Shown: positions 33,305 through 47,181, counted from the whole stretch's first letter. The stretch is DNA of 63,699 nt, filler included, from Saprolegnia diclina VS20 (GCF_000281045.1; 8 parts of 3 records of this genome joined end to end with filler, not necessarily neighbours in it); one strand, 5' to 3'. Made by a program: numbers and translations. Notes: a model not told the origin generated them from the sequence alone.

Positions 33305-35167
33305 TTAGGCACGCGAGTCCATGAGTCGGATCGTGTTGGGCACGTCGTAGTCGTCGTCGTCGCCCGTGCGCCGGTCCGGCGTCGTGTGGTGCGACGACGT
33401 CCCTTGGAGCGAAACGGTGTAGTTGCCATTTTCAGTGTCCATCTCGTGCTCGTTGGCCGTATACAGGCCCGTGTACTGATCGTCGTTGGTCGGCTTGGCC
33501 CACCCAGACGCGAACGTCCAGAGCATGACCAGTTGCCGAAGCAGCATGCCAAGCACAAACACGCAGACAAGGACGACGATGACATACGAGAGCGTCGTTT
33601 GCGTGTCCACCGACAACGGCGTCGACGTCATGCCAATGGCGGCGCCGAGGATGGCGCACAAAAGCACGTCGAGGACCACGGTCGCCCACAGCTGCAGGAC
33701 ATCCCGGAACGGCTGCAGGACGAGGAGCAGCACAATGTAGAGAGCATGGAGCACGATGAGCGCAATGAGCGGGGCGGCGCCGGACGCCGTCACGTTGGCG
33801 ACGAGGACACCAGAGAGAAGCTGGACGAGAATCGGCACAACAAAGAAGAGACGCCGACTGTACTCGTATTGGCCGTAGAGGGCACCCCAGATGACGCGCA
33901 CCTGCCACTTGGAGAGACCGGCCTCCGTCTTCTTGTAGACAAGGACCGCACCGGCGACGAGCAGCGCCACGAGGAGCGCGAGCGTCACCATCGAGAGCAC
34001 CGCGTTCGTATGCGGAAAGCCGTCGCCGAGCGACGCGTCTTGCCGGATCTCAAACATGGCGATCATGCCGAGCGGGAGGTACGCGAGCGTGAACAGCGAG
34101 ACGCAGAGACCGAGAAGGCGCTGCGAGATCGAGTGCAACGATTGGGCGCTCGAGTGCGAGCCGGACGAGTCCGAATGGAACGGGTTGCGGCGCCCCGACT
34201 TGAGCCGGCCGACGACACCGACGACGACGGCCGCGGCCAAAACGATGGCGAGGACGACGAGGACCGCGATCCAGAGACGGAAGAACCAATCTTTCTCGCT
34301 GACGTGCGACCGGAGCGAGAAGCTGACGTAGCCCGAGGCGTCATAGTCGGACTTGATTGTGGCGAGCTGCCGATGGCCCACCACGGCTGGGCTGAGCTGG
34401 ATCGACGAGACCGTGCTCGAGGTGGCCGACGGCGCCGACGCCCGAATCAAGTAGTTGATCCACGAGAGCGAGTCGAGGAAGTTGACGTAAAAGAGCTGCG
34501 GGATGTTGGCGTTTCGAACGAGCGAGAGCGCACCGATGACCTGGAGGAACCCGACAAAAGTCGGCAGCTCCCACGCGTTGGGTGCAAACGCCCGCTCCAT
34601 CGCCGCGTCCGGTGCAATGTACGACGGGTTGATGGCTATAAACTGAAAGAACACCAGCGTCGCGACCGTCACGGCAACGACCGTCGACGAGAGATACCGA
34701 ATGGTCTGGTGGGCCGTCGACTCGGCGCCGACCGTCGTCTGCGGAGCATCGTTGACGTCCGACTTGCCGCGGTTGATATTGTTGCTGTGGTCCGTGGGAG
34801 GCACAGTGGGCTCAGCGTCGGGCGCAATAGTTCTGTTGGTCGGTGCGGTCGTCATACCGAGAAAAGAGTCGCCACTTGGCGCCGGGGTCGGAGGCTCGGT
34901 CTGGTTGAGAAAGTTTCGAAACGATGGGTCGACCGTGGCAACCGCAGATGTCGGGATATCAAAAGGAATCTCGGTCGGGATCGGAGTACCCGTCGATGTC
35001 GGGGTTGGCGTCGGGACAGACGTTGGTGGCTCCGGCGTGGTGACGTTCGGCACCGGCGCTGGCGATGGCGTCGGGACAGACGTTGGTGGCTCCGGCGTGG
35101 TGACGTTGGGCACCGGCGCTGGCGATGGCGTCGGAATCGGTGTCGACGGCTCTGGTGTGGTGACGTT
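33305..35167 (-). CDS. TRP-like multi-pass membrane protein with mucin-like stalk; paralogue of 26653-28245; 5' end lost in gap
   Basis: Shares long identical blocks with the other copy (INPSYIAPDAAMERAFAPNAWELPTFVGFLQ; HTNAVLSMVTLALLV). Confidence 0.75.
   Translation of the reverse strand, partial: NVTTPEPSTPIPTPSPAPVPNVTTPEPPTSVPTPSPAPVPNVTTPEPPTSVPTPTPTSTGTPIPTEIPFDIPTSAVATVDPSFRNFLNQTEPPTPAPSGDSFLGMTTAPTNRTIAPDAEPTVPPTDHSNNINRGKSDVNDAPQTTVGAESTAHQTIRYLSSTVVAVTVATLVFFQFIAINPSYIAPDAAMERAFAPNAWELPTFVGFLQVIGALSLVRNANIPQLFYVNFLDSLSWINYLIRASAPSATSSTVSSIQLSPAVVGHRQLATIKSDYDASGYVSFSLRSHVSEKDWFFRLWIAVLVVLAIVLAAAVVVGVVGRLKSGRRNPFHSDSSGSHSSAQSLHSISQRLLGLCVSLFTLAYLPLGMIAMFEIRQDASLGDGFPHTNAVLSMVTLALLVALLVAGAVLVYKKTEAGLSKWQVRVIWGALYGQYEYSRRLFFVVPILVQLLSGVLVANVTASGAAPLIALIVLHALYIVLLLVLQPFRDVLQLWATVVLDVLLCAILGAAIGMTSTPLSVDTQTTLSYVIVVLVCVFVLGMLLRQLVMLWTFASGWAKPTNDDQYTGLYTANEHEMDTENGNYTVSLQGTSSHHTTPDRRTGDDDDYDVPNTIRLMDSRA
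35007..35167 (-). repeat. 60-bp coding tandem repeat (NVTTPEPPTSVPTPSPAPVP)
   Basis: About 2.7 units visible, running into the gap; each unit carries an N-V-T glycosylation sequon. Confidence 0.85.
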
Positions 35168-36091
35168 NNNNNNNNNNNNNNNNNNNNNNNNNNNNNNNNN
35201 NNNNNNNNNNNTTAATTAATTAANNNNNNNNNNNNNNNNNNNNNNNNNNNNNNNNNNNNNNNNNNNNTGAGACGCGTGCGATCGTCATCCAGAATTGGCT
35301 AAGTATAGCGCCACTAGCACTTGGGGAGTTGGGATCATGATGGCGCCGCCAACGGCAGCCATTGCCTGCGATCGCGAGATACGACCGTTGTTAGTTGTTG
35401 TTGGAATGAGTCTATTGAGATATTATTTCCTACAGGTTTTTCTGTTTTGTTTACACGGTGCGTTGAGAGGCGGGCGTCTTTTGGCGAGAGTGCGTTTTTT
35501 GGTGATTTGTTGTGGGAGGTTTTCCTTCGAGGCTAAGTGAGTAACGACGCCCTCTTGGCCAATCCCGAACGGGTTACGGCACGGCGGTTCTTCCGATTGG
35601 GTACACCGCGCAGAGGCAGGATGTCGGCCAATTGAATTTGCATGCGCGCAGCTGGATTTGAACCCGCTATCCGTTCGAGCTCGAATTTAAGTGGAACGCC
35701 TCGACCACTACACCAGGGGCCGACCCTCGACCGTTGTTAGTCCATGGGTCAATCAATGCCTTGGGTTGAGCCAACTGTTCGATCGTTCCCGTGGTGTCTC
35801 TACTCGAAGGATGCATTTGCATTGTTGCTTGGTGTCTCCAGGACGATAACGATCGGGACGCCGCGCTCGTGCAATATCCAGGCGTGCGGTTGCTACCTCT
35901 AGTACCTTCCATATGCTATGATGGTAGGCCGGTGGAGACTAGCTGCAATTTTGCGTGGTGTTTGCCATACAAGGGGTCACCATAAGCAAGCGTGGACGCA
36001 ATTTGACCACGCAACGCTCGTCGAATGACGTTTGCCTCGCGCTACAGCAGCCAACGCGACACACTATGCTGGGGCGAAGCGCGATGCGTGT

Positions 36092-39000
36092 TCATTGGTT
36101 ATAGATCTGCGGCGACCTCGTTTGGACAAGTAGTCTACTGGTATCGTGCAGGTACCCTCCGTATTCCAGCGTTGAGCGTGTGTCGTTGCCGACTACCGGA
36201 AAAAGATGACCGACAAGCGCTTCGAGCGGATCGCCGACTTGAGGGGGCCCGTGCGCGGTGCCGGTGCGCGCTTGATCTTGCGCTTCCCGATAAAGAACGT
36301 CCGAACGCGGGAGAGAAAACTCGGGGCTTTGAGCGTCTGCGGCGGCAGCCTCGGGCCCACACCTACACATCATTGTTGGTCGTGAAATTTCGTCATCTAT
36401 TGTACTTCGGTTGCGGGCGCTTGTCTGCGCCGACGTCGAGTTGAGCCGCATAAGCATCGGCGCGTCAAAAGGCCGTGGCGTCGGCACCGCCATCGAGAGC
36501 AACTAGGCACGTGTCATGCACCCAACACAAGAGAGACTTCTACATGGCTGAGGGGTAGCGACGGGCTGCGCTGCATGGACGCAAAGTCGACGACCACCGA
36601 ACCGTTCTCGACGCTGTGGACGACGGCCAAGAAGTACTTGGCTGTCAGCGGGTACCGCGCGTAGACTTTGGTGCCGGGCACAAGACTACAGTGCTTTGCT
36701 TTCGACTCGCAGAGCATGCGGTGCAGCGCGAGGTTGCCGTGGCACTCGTGAATCGCATCGTCGAGGGCCTCCCACCTACGCCCAGATGGCTCCACCGGCC
36801 AAAGATACGACGTTGTACCCCTGGACGCTCTCCCAGTTGGTTGTGATCGTACCGCCGTTCCGTGGCAGCACTAGCAAGAACCGATATGGCCAATGTACCA
36901 CGAGGCGACGTACCAGAGGCATCGTCGAGCGACGTGATCACCGCGTAAGGGACGCTGGTGACGGTCTCGCCACAGTCAAAGACGATCGTGTACGACGGGT
37001 GCGACGCGTCCGAGACCTGCCCCGAGCAGTACCGCTCGAACCGAGGGTTCCACGCCAAGACGTGGTCGAGCTTTTCAAACGCTGCGGGTTTCTCAATACC
37101 CACCGGACGCACGTGGTCCAAGGGCACCTACCCCATGCAATAGTTCAACTCTCGAATCGCGCGACGCCAACGTACGTGGGTGGTTAGCGTGCCGTCTGGA
37201 AACCGAACGTCGCACGTCTCCTCCGCTATTGCGACCACCTGCGCGACGACGTCGTTCTTGGTTGCCGGGTTGCGCACAATGACTTGGTCGCCAACCGACA
37301 CGACATTGCGATGACTCGGCGTCGATCGCAGCGCGCTCTGCTCGCCGGGCGGTGCCGGCTCATCTACACACCTCGATTCAAATGAAGTACAAAATTACGC
37401 CAGCTTACATTTCATGAGGTTGGCCACCGGCACGACTGTGTCGATGTCCCCGTCGTCGAACTCGACCCAGACAACGGTTTTGGATGCGATTTTGACAATA
37501 ACACCGGGAAGTTTTGCGTCTACGACCCGCACCTGCGACGGTGTCGATGATTTTTGCTACACTAGACCGTGGACGTACTCGCTCGTGAATCGAAAACTCG
37601 GTCATTTCGGTTTGAATCGACCATTTCTGGTCGTCAACAACGTCGTCGTCGTACCACCTAACACGTCCGCCTGTCAAAGAGACAAAGACAGTGGATAGTG
37701 GAATGGGTTTTACGGAGGTAGGGGCAGTAGCTTCTGAAGTCGCACGTTGCTGAGCACGGTGGCGTTATCAGCGTAGGGCAACACGTCGCCTTCGATCGCC
37801 GTCGTGCGTCGAAGGACCACGCTCAACTGCGGTGCGTGGTTCGCGTCCATCTAAGCGACTCTGGCGTGGGCCGAGTATCCACTTGATACCTACCATGAGG
37901 ACGCGCGCGCCAGCGTAGTAGACGTCCAGCACGCTCCCGAGCTCTTGGCGCTGCGCGTTGAGCTCATGGCCCGTATCGATCATCTGTAGCGCACTGAGGT
38001 TGATGTGTTCGTGCAACACGCCACGCAGGTCTAAGTCCATCGTGTCTCCTGGCACGTGGCAGCTACAGCAACGACGAACCTCGAACTGAGCACGTGTTGT
38101 TGGCGTCACTGCCCGTGTCGCACCGACCAAAGTACGACGGGAACGTCGAGACGAGGACACCGGCGCCGTGGCCAGTTTGCTGGAGCGTTTGCCTGCGGCG
38201 AGCGCATTTAGCGCGTCAAAATCGGTGCCAAACACACATACTTGAGGTCTTCCAAGTGGTTTTTGCAGTGGAGGAGTTGCGTCTTGTAGGTCTCGGCGCG
38301 CTTGACGAGGACGGTCGTGTCCACATGATCGAGTCCGGGACCTACACCGCGTCAAGATACGGACGTCAAGGCGCGCTGTACATGACGTCGCCGGCGTCGA
38401 CGCCGATGAGACAGCGCTGACATGATGTGATTGGTGCCACGACGCCGAGTCGCCATCGCCATCGTGCGTTGCGGGGGTCGGTAGCTCCATCTCGGGCGCC
38501 ACAAGGTCGCCCGGTGGCGGCGCAGATCGGTGTGGGTACGTCCCGCTGGGCGGAGATACGGCGGATTCCTTTGCTTTGGGCGACGAATTGAGCAGGGGTA
38601 GCTCTAGTGACGCCACCGACGGGCGCGGCTCAGTCGGCGCTGCTTCTAACCGCGCCTCGGGGACGTCGACGAGCACCATGGCGTTGTCGAGGACAACCGT
38701 GTAGTACTGCGGTGCAGTTGCAAAGAGGATTGTGCCCGGGTACGAGCTACCCCACAAAAAGAATCGTGAGGATGTAATCGTAGCATCCTTTACTCGGTGT
38801 CGTCGTGAAGAATGACGTTGTCGCCAGCGCGCCACCGGGATATTTGGCACCGATTGAGCGACCGCAGTTGCCGCGTCGACGCGCGCTTCAAAAGCGGCGG
38901 CGGCTTGGTTGGCGACGTCGACTATGCAATGCCATGTCGACTACAAGCATTTTTTTACATGCACGTACCGGCGGTGTCGGTGCGACCGGTGGTGCCATGG

Positions 39001-39307
39001 TCAGCGTCGCCAAACTCTGTCGCTTGGCGCGAGCTTGGGCGATGCTTTCGCGGCGGTTCACCGACACAGCGCGGCGTTCGGCGTCCATTTGCTTGATCAG
39101 TTGCACTGTCGCGCCCTTGACGCCGACTTGGCGCGTCTGCAGCGCTTGCTGGAGCCGCGGACTCAGTCCGCGCGAGTTGGCGTTGACGTGAAGACGGCGG
39201 GTCGGGTTGGGCGCACTCGACTCGATCTCAATCGACATCCGCTTGGGCTCGGCGACCGGCGGGGCCGTCGGCGTGAGGCTCGAACGACCGCGCTCGGCCT
39301 TGGGCAT
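36092..39307 (-). CDS. Multi-exon protein with several Tudor/Agenet-like modules; boundaries uncertain
   Basis: Exon fragments GTKVYARYPLTAKYFLAVVHSVENGSVVVDF, DHVLAWNPRFERYCSGQV..YTIVFDCGE, LPGVIVKI..VWVEFDDGD, YPGTIL..YYTVVLD. Confidence 0.5.
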
Positions 39308-39496
39308 CGCTAAAAAGTGCGCTTGCCGTTACAACGGCCGGGTATTCTGGGCAAAACGCAGTGTTGTTTAACAATAGCTCGATAACAGAGGAGTCATTGG
39401 CGTGAGTGAATAATGGCGCATACGGATTCCGTGTTAGTGACGAGACGTAGTTTCTTCCCGAATCACTGCAACTGCGCCGAGAGCGACGTCTTGCGA

Positions 39497-41510
39497 CTAC
39501 AGCTGAGGTCGAGCTGCAGTTCGTCGGCATTTTTGCTCGATGGTCGGCGCATTCCATCGGCGAGCGCCCGCAAAAGACTTTCTATCGAAATGCAACTCGT
39601 CAACCTTCAGCAGCGCAGTAGCAATCATCGTACTTCGTGGTTTGTTCACAGGTGGAAGGAACGGCGGCGGCGACACGATTGTTGTCGACACCAGCTAGAG
39701 AAACCCATATCAAGAGTCTCTGGCGTCGAACACTGCACCTGGTCGAAGGGCACTGCTCGTATGGTGTTGGTTGCAAGAAATCGGATATCCGCCATCTCAT
39801 GTGGTCCAACGGTGACGACGACACCGGCAAAGTACTTTGCCGAGCCATGGAACCGCGCGAGGACCGTGTCGTGGCGTTGAAACCGGGGAGGAGGTTGTAC
39901 ATCAGGACTACAAGCCACGATATGAGGGGTTGTCGGCAGCACCACGGCCTACTACAAGCAGCGTCGCTGGTGGCGGCTCCACACTACATGCCACACACAC
40001 AACATGTCAAGATGTTGACCGCAGTACATCATTGGGTGGCATACCAGACGCGTCGTGGAGGTGCCGCAACGCGTTTGCGGGTACATGCGCGACGGCGTCG
40101 CCATCGTCAAACACGACCGTGCACGATGCAGCCGAGTCCATGCTGGTGATTTGCGCCGTGCCGAACGCATCGTAGCTCGGGTGGCATGCCAACACGTAGT
40201 CACCGACGTAAAAACGACCGGTGGGTGCCGTGGACGCTACGACGACCGGTGCGAGGCTCGTCACCGGCACCTACCGGGTGTTCTACAAGCGCTCTCAACA
40301 CAAAGAGCGATCATGTACCTCCTTGGCCACGGTGCCATCGGCGAATCGAAGACGGTAACCGTCGGCCCCGATGGCGCGAACCCGGCAACGCTCCACGTGC
40401 CGCGTCCACGGGTGCTCTGCCAACACCCACGTGTCGACGTCGTACATCACAAGCGCGGATGGATTAGCAACCGAGCTTAGCGCTACTGGCATCCACCACG
40501 GTGAGAGCAGAAGGTAGGTTGTCCATCACAACATACATGCATGCGGGATGCGTTCTGTCACGGCGTAAAGGGGATCAACCGCCGTCGTCGAGGCGTTCTT
40601 GTTTGTCTGAACATCGCCGTCGTCATCACAGGGTGTATGTGGACGGTCGAGAATCGCCCTAGCGCTCAAGTTGGGGTCGATAGTGTGTATGTGACGGTCG
40701 ATACGGTTGGTAAACCACCAAGGATGCGACGGCCACCCGCACATAGTTGTGGGTGGCGTCGACGTAAACGGTGCACGACGTCGGCGTCAACCTCGCCACG
40801 ACGACGGCCGACTGCAGTTGCTGGTCAGCATCCGCCTACCACTCACAAATAGGTAGGTTCAGCATTGCGATCGTTTGGCCCACGAGGAAAACTCGGGCAC
40901 CGGGGTTGAACCAGTCGACTTGACGCGTGAGGTCGCAGTACATCTCGACGAGGTCGGTCGACGCGGCGTCCGTCGCCCGCGACTCTACGCAGCGACGGTA
41001 CAGCGTCACGCCTGAAAACGAGACGTACCCGGTGAGCCACTGGCGCTGCTTGTCGCCGACATGCCCTCGCTCCTATGCGTCGCCTTCTGCTCCTGCAATC
41101 ACCAGTGTAGCAGCACCCGTTGCTCTGCTGCAAGTGTTGGTCCAGATGCCGAAGCGTCTCCAAAAGCTCATGCACGTGATCAAGAGTCGCCTTGCCGGCC
41201 GCTAACTGAATGACTTCCGCCGCTGTGCCGAGACTCGAATCATCTTCTATATCACATGATTTCATTGTCAGCGACACTATCACAATCATGCTGCACCATC
41301 GGGGAGCGGGGCGTGAATGGGTGTGACGACCACTGCGCCGTTGGCCAACGAGCCCTCGGACGATGCAAGCACCAGCGTGACGTTATCGTCGGTCGTCAAC
41401 ACGGACAGCGTTTCGGGCTCACGGTGGAACCAGTCGTCTGCTGATACATGAGGAATCGCTCGCATCGAAGAGTCGCATACTGGATTCGTAGCTGGCGCCG
41501 CTTGTAGCAT
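39497..41510 (-). CDS. Second multi-exon Tudor-like repeat gene (or 5' part of the preceding gene)
   Basis: FQRHDTVLARFHGSAKYFAGVV..ADIRF, FYVGDYVLACHP..GTAQI..CTVVFDDGD, WVLAEHPW..CRV..YRLRFADG. Confidence 0.45.
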
Positions 41511-42993
41511 CAAATGCTAGACTCAAGCTCACGTAATTTCGTCCAGGAGTCGTTGGTCAGCGCCCCCGAGCGCTGGTGGAACGAGCACTGGGATAGTAGT
41601 CGGCCGCGCCGGTGGCAGTCGTAGTCTCGTCCGAACCTATCGTCATGCGCGTCCGTCGAGCTTTTCATCTACACGTACGAGGAGTTCCTCGAACGGTGTT
41701 GGAGCATATAATTCGGAGTGTCGGGCATTTGGCAACGACCGCGGCGGCGCGTCGATCGGCGGGAGGCTCCCGACGTCGTTCCAGTGCCGCCGAGCGTGAC
41801 GCCGACGCGTTGCGTCGTGTTCCTCCATCGTGCAACGTCGGCGATGCGTCCGACGTTCAACTGCAGAACGCAACAGGATTGGCCCAGCATCCCAGTCCTA
41901 TCTTTAGTGCAGGTCAACGGTACTGCCACCCGCGACGCGTCTGCTTTCGCCAAGCTAACAGCAGGCATGTTCGCTTCTCTCAATATGATTCATGCAACGA
42001 ATCGATGCGTCTCTCTCACTGGACGGACACTGCGTCTCGACTGTTGGACGGCGGTCGCCATCGCCGACGAGGGATTGCCCGGTCACGGCCACTGGGTTAC
42101 GGCGATTGAACGGTCCACCGGACTAGTTACACGACGATACAGCTACGGTGACGCTTGGTGATCACCATCGCACCGACAACGTCATGATGACTTTTTGACG
42201 TCCAGCGCCGTGGCCTGTTGAGGTGCAAGTCGAGGCGAGAGGCGACGTGTTGATGCGATACTTTGGCTGCACCACGACAACACCAAACTCTGTGTCTTGA
42301 TACAAGGTTGATATTTAAGGGATGGGCTGATACGGAAGCGACTGACACTATCCTGATGCTCGAGGTCTTGGAGGCGTGTGCTCGAGATATTAGTTTTTGA
42401 GCCTCAATGCAGCCATCGCCGTCGACGCGTCACTGTCACATCCAGGCGATCCGACAGGCCGAGCATTTTGAAATGATCTTAAGTGTGCACGAGTAGACGT
42501 CAAACTCACACGAGTAACAACAGGCCGTGTGTAAAACAGTGTTTCTCGATGGAGTGCGTGAAGCTTGGCTCATGACATGGACGCTCATGGGTTCTGGCGT
42601 CAGTCAGCGCCACAACCCACAACCTCCGATGCATCGCGAAGACGAGCGAAGACGGCCTTGAGCCGATGTGCCTTCAACAAATTAGCCTGCGCTTGGTACG
42701 AATAATGCCATCTAATTCGTAGATGTGGCATGTACCTCGTTCCTAGTTTTACCATCGTAGACGTACCCAGTCGCGTCATGATTTCCTTATCCCACTCCTT
42801 TATAGATAATATTGTCATATAGACGATCCTGCTTCTCGGTTTAGAGCAGTAGACCGATGTGCCGCGTGCCAAACCTTGCGCCGGCATCCAGGACCGATGG
42901 TACGAATTACGGATAAGTGACAGGCGGTTGAAGTGGGCCTCCGGATAAGACGCAGCCCGTGCCCCGATCGCAAATCTTCCAGACAGTGAAAGC

Positions 42994-44051
42994 ATGACCT
43001 GGCCACGCTTCGCCTTTGCCGTGTGGGCCTGCGCCATGCTCGCAGCTCTCGTCGCCGCCGACGTACCGAGGACGACGCCGGGCTTTGTCTACAAGGGCGG
43101 CCTCGCGACGGCGCCCGTCCAGCTCGAGATCTTCATCGACCTCGTGCGTTGCTTGGCCCACCGCGTCTCGCTCACCTAGCACGTCCTCTAGCTCTGCCCG
43201 TACTCCAAGGCCGCGTATCCGGCGATGAAGAAGCTCGAGGCGGCGTTCAAGGGCTCGGACCTGCGCATCACGTTCCAGGTCCTCCCGCTGCCCTTCCACA
43301 AGCACGCGTTCACGGTCGCGCAGTCGGCGGCGACGTTGGTAGACGACCTTAGCCCATCCCTGCATGCTGCTAACGCAACGTAGACGCATCTGCTTGGCAT
43401 CGAGACGTTCCCGCCATGGCTCGAGACCATTTACGCCAACCAAGACCGCCTGTACAATGCGCCGACCAAGGACATGACCGCCGTTCACGTCGTCGATCTA
43501 CTCTTTGATTGGGCGAGCACCGCCTTTCCTACACTCACAAAGGAAGCGTGGTCGGCGCAGATGACGGGCCATGGTGGAAGCGACATGGACGAGAAGACGC
43601 GCCAGCTCTTCCGCTACTCGCTCGCCCACGGTACTCGCTGCACTGGGACGGCCCACGCCTTACTTGCTGCTCGTAGGCATCAGCGGCACACCCATGTTCT
43701 ACCTCAACGGTGTGCACTACGACGCCGCCGATAGCTCGTGGAGCTTTGAGCAGTGGCACAAGACGATCCAGGCGCTTGTCGACGCCAACAAGCCAGCGAC
43801 GCTGCACGAATTCGACACGTCGGCCGGTACGTGAAGGGTTCATGATCGATTCAGCTTGCTCACGAACGGTTCTAGCCATGCTCTTGGCGTCGCAGCGCCG
43901 ACTGCCCTCTCGCCGCGTCTTTTATGGCGACGTGACCAACGCGAACTGCAACGGCGCGGGCCAAGCCTGTGAGTTCCTCCACCAGCAATCAATGTGTTGC
44001 TCGGCCGACGAGGTCTGCATCGTCCAGCACGGCTGCAAGGCCTTCGCGTAA
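42994..44051 (+). CDS. Secreted DsbA/thioredoxin-fold protein with CxxS motif; about 5 exons
   Basis: Signal peptide; spliced VQLEIFIDLLCPYSK, PLPFH, and cis-Pro loop GISGTPMFYLNG; short Cys-rich last exon. Confidence 0.75.
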
Positions 44052-44274
44052 GCGCTACGAGCCAAACTGTAGTTTCACCATAACAGCCTTGACACCGATC
44101 TCGTCATCGATAAAGAATTAGCCTTCTGTTCGTCGTGGAAGGTTCGTAGTCATCTGGACTTAGGTGCTCTGTGAGAAAAAGAGCCGAGCTGAGAGGTTGA
44201 GGTACTCTAAGAGCAGTGAGGCAGAGGATCCGGGGCGCTGGTGATGGAAGGACGTCATTTCTTCGACAAAGGGT

Positions 44275-44290
44275 GGTGTTGAAAAACACC
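44275..44290 (-). terminator. Histone mRNA 3' stem-loop (H3)
   Basis: GGTGTT-TTTC-AACACC followed by ACCC, shortly after the H3 stop codon. Confidence 0.85.
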
Positions 44291-44328
44291 AGTGAGGGGT
44301 GGTGACGTACTACGTCACCAGAGGAAAC

Positions 44329-45489
<1,161 letters not shown>

Positions 45490-45529
45490 GCCATTAAACT
45501 GTGGCGACCATAGAGTCGTCAACCACACT

Positions 45530-45545
45530 GGTGTTTTTCAACACC
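45530..45545 (+). terminator. Histone mRNA 3' stem-loop (H4)
   Basis: GGTGTT-TTTC-AACACC followed by ACCCA. Confidence 0.85.
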
Positions 45546-45910
45546 ACCCAAACCACAAGAAACGAGTTGCGTATTCACCTTTTCTGAGGTGGGCAGCCAT
45601 TATTTTGTGTAAAGTCCGAGACACAAATGACTTTGATGATCGTATGTGACCACGTTTGTTGACTCGGGATGTCGGCCAGAAACTCGAATTGAGTTTGAGT
45701 TGCTGGCTCTTGATGAACGTCCACCGTTGCTATTCCAAGACGGTGTGAGCAGACGCTGGTGTTATGAGACGTCATTTGTTTTATCTTTATTTCTGCCGCA
45801 CCCTTTCATANNNNNNNNNNNNNNNNNNNNNNNNNNNNNNNNNNNNNNNNNNNNNNNNNNNNNNNNNNNNNNNNNNNNNNNNNNNNNNNNNNNNNNNNNN
45901 NNNNNNNNNN

Positions 45911-45979
45911 GTGACGGCCATGGACGTCGTGTACGCCTTGAAGCGTCAGGGCCGCACCTTGTACGGCTTCGGCGGCTAA
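45911..45979 (+). CDS. H4: Histone H4 3' fragment after gap (stem-loop at 46020-46035)
   Basis: [22 protein letters not shown]; 45911-46300 nearly duplicates 45421-45810 and may be an alternate haplotype. Confidence 0.7.
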   Translation: MTAMDVVYALKRQGRTLYGFGG

Positions 45980-47181
45980 GCCATTAAACTGTGGCGACCA
46001 TAGAGTCGTCAACCACACTGGTGTTTTTCAACACCACCCAACACACAAGAAACGAGTTGCGTATTCACCTTTTCTGCGATGGACTGCCATTATTTTGTGT
46101 AAAGTCCGAGACACAAATGACTTTGATGATTGTATGTGACCACGTTTGTTGACTCAAGATGTCGGCCAGAAACTCGAATTGCGTTTTGAGTTGCTGGTTC
46201 TTGATGAATGTCCACCGTTGCTATTCCAAGACGGTGTGAGCAGACGCTGGTGTTATGAGAAGTCATTTGTTTTATCTTTATTTCTGCCGCACCCTTTCAT
46301 ATTTTCTCTCGTTCTATTTCATATCGTCACATTCAACTTCCAAACCCCTTTATTCAAGCAGGCACGTTCGCAAGCCTGGATGAATTTCGTCGTTTGAGCC
46401 CCAAATAACGGGTAAACGAACGAGAAATATGAAAGGCTTGGGTATCCTCATGAGCACTCGGTCGCCACACGATGTGGAAGGATGTGCTCACGACCATTAT
46501 CAAAGCTGGCGAGGCATCTCAGCTTTTGGTTAATCGGCTGGGTCACGAGTGCATTTTCGTTCGCACTATCCGATCATGCTACTAGTATATGATTGACTTT
46601 AGCTGCGTTGTTGCACGTTCATTATTACTATATTGGACCAAGGGTCTATGAACAGTTTATGGACCCTTGATTGAACATCACAATTGAACGACAGTAGAAT
46701 CGACGACGCAGGAGCAAGCACAGTATACGTCTTGTCAACGAGGACTGTAGCTTTGGCAAGAAGTTGACACAGCATGAATCGTCGAGGACAGCCTTGCAAC
46801 AGATGCCCTCCAAAAGTCACTACTGCTTCCGGGAATGTGGTGTCTCTTCTGGTGCCTCTTTGGCTTTACATCGCACATCGACGTCTTCAGCCCGAAGCAC
46901 TGCGGGCGATGTCGTCCCGTTGCTTTCGATGGCGTTGCGAATAGAGTAAAGAGCCGGCGCCTGGGCCTTGCACGGTTGCGCGCGGGGCTTCCCTAGAGCT
47001 TTTCGATCAGTAAATGTAGCGCATTGCAAGACGCCGATCGTTACACCACTGACGACAACTAGGTCATGCGCCGGCAGTCATCTCCATCATCATTTGTGAC
47101 TTCGGTCTCGAACTTTACACAAAATAATGGCAGTCCATCGCAGAAAAGGTGAACACGCAACTCGTTTCTTGTGGTTTGGGT

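Noticed and set aside
44100..44262. U3-like or other snoRNA downstream of H3
   Set aside because: Only a partial TCATTTCT resemblance, which is the reverse complement of the histone downstream motif; no ordered box structure.
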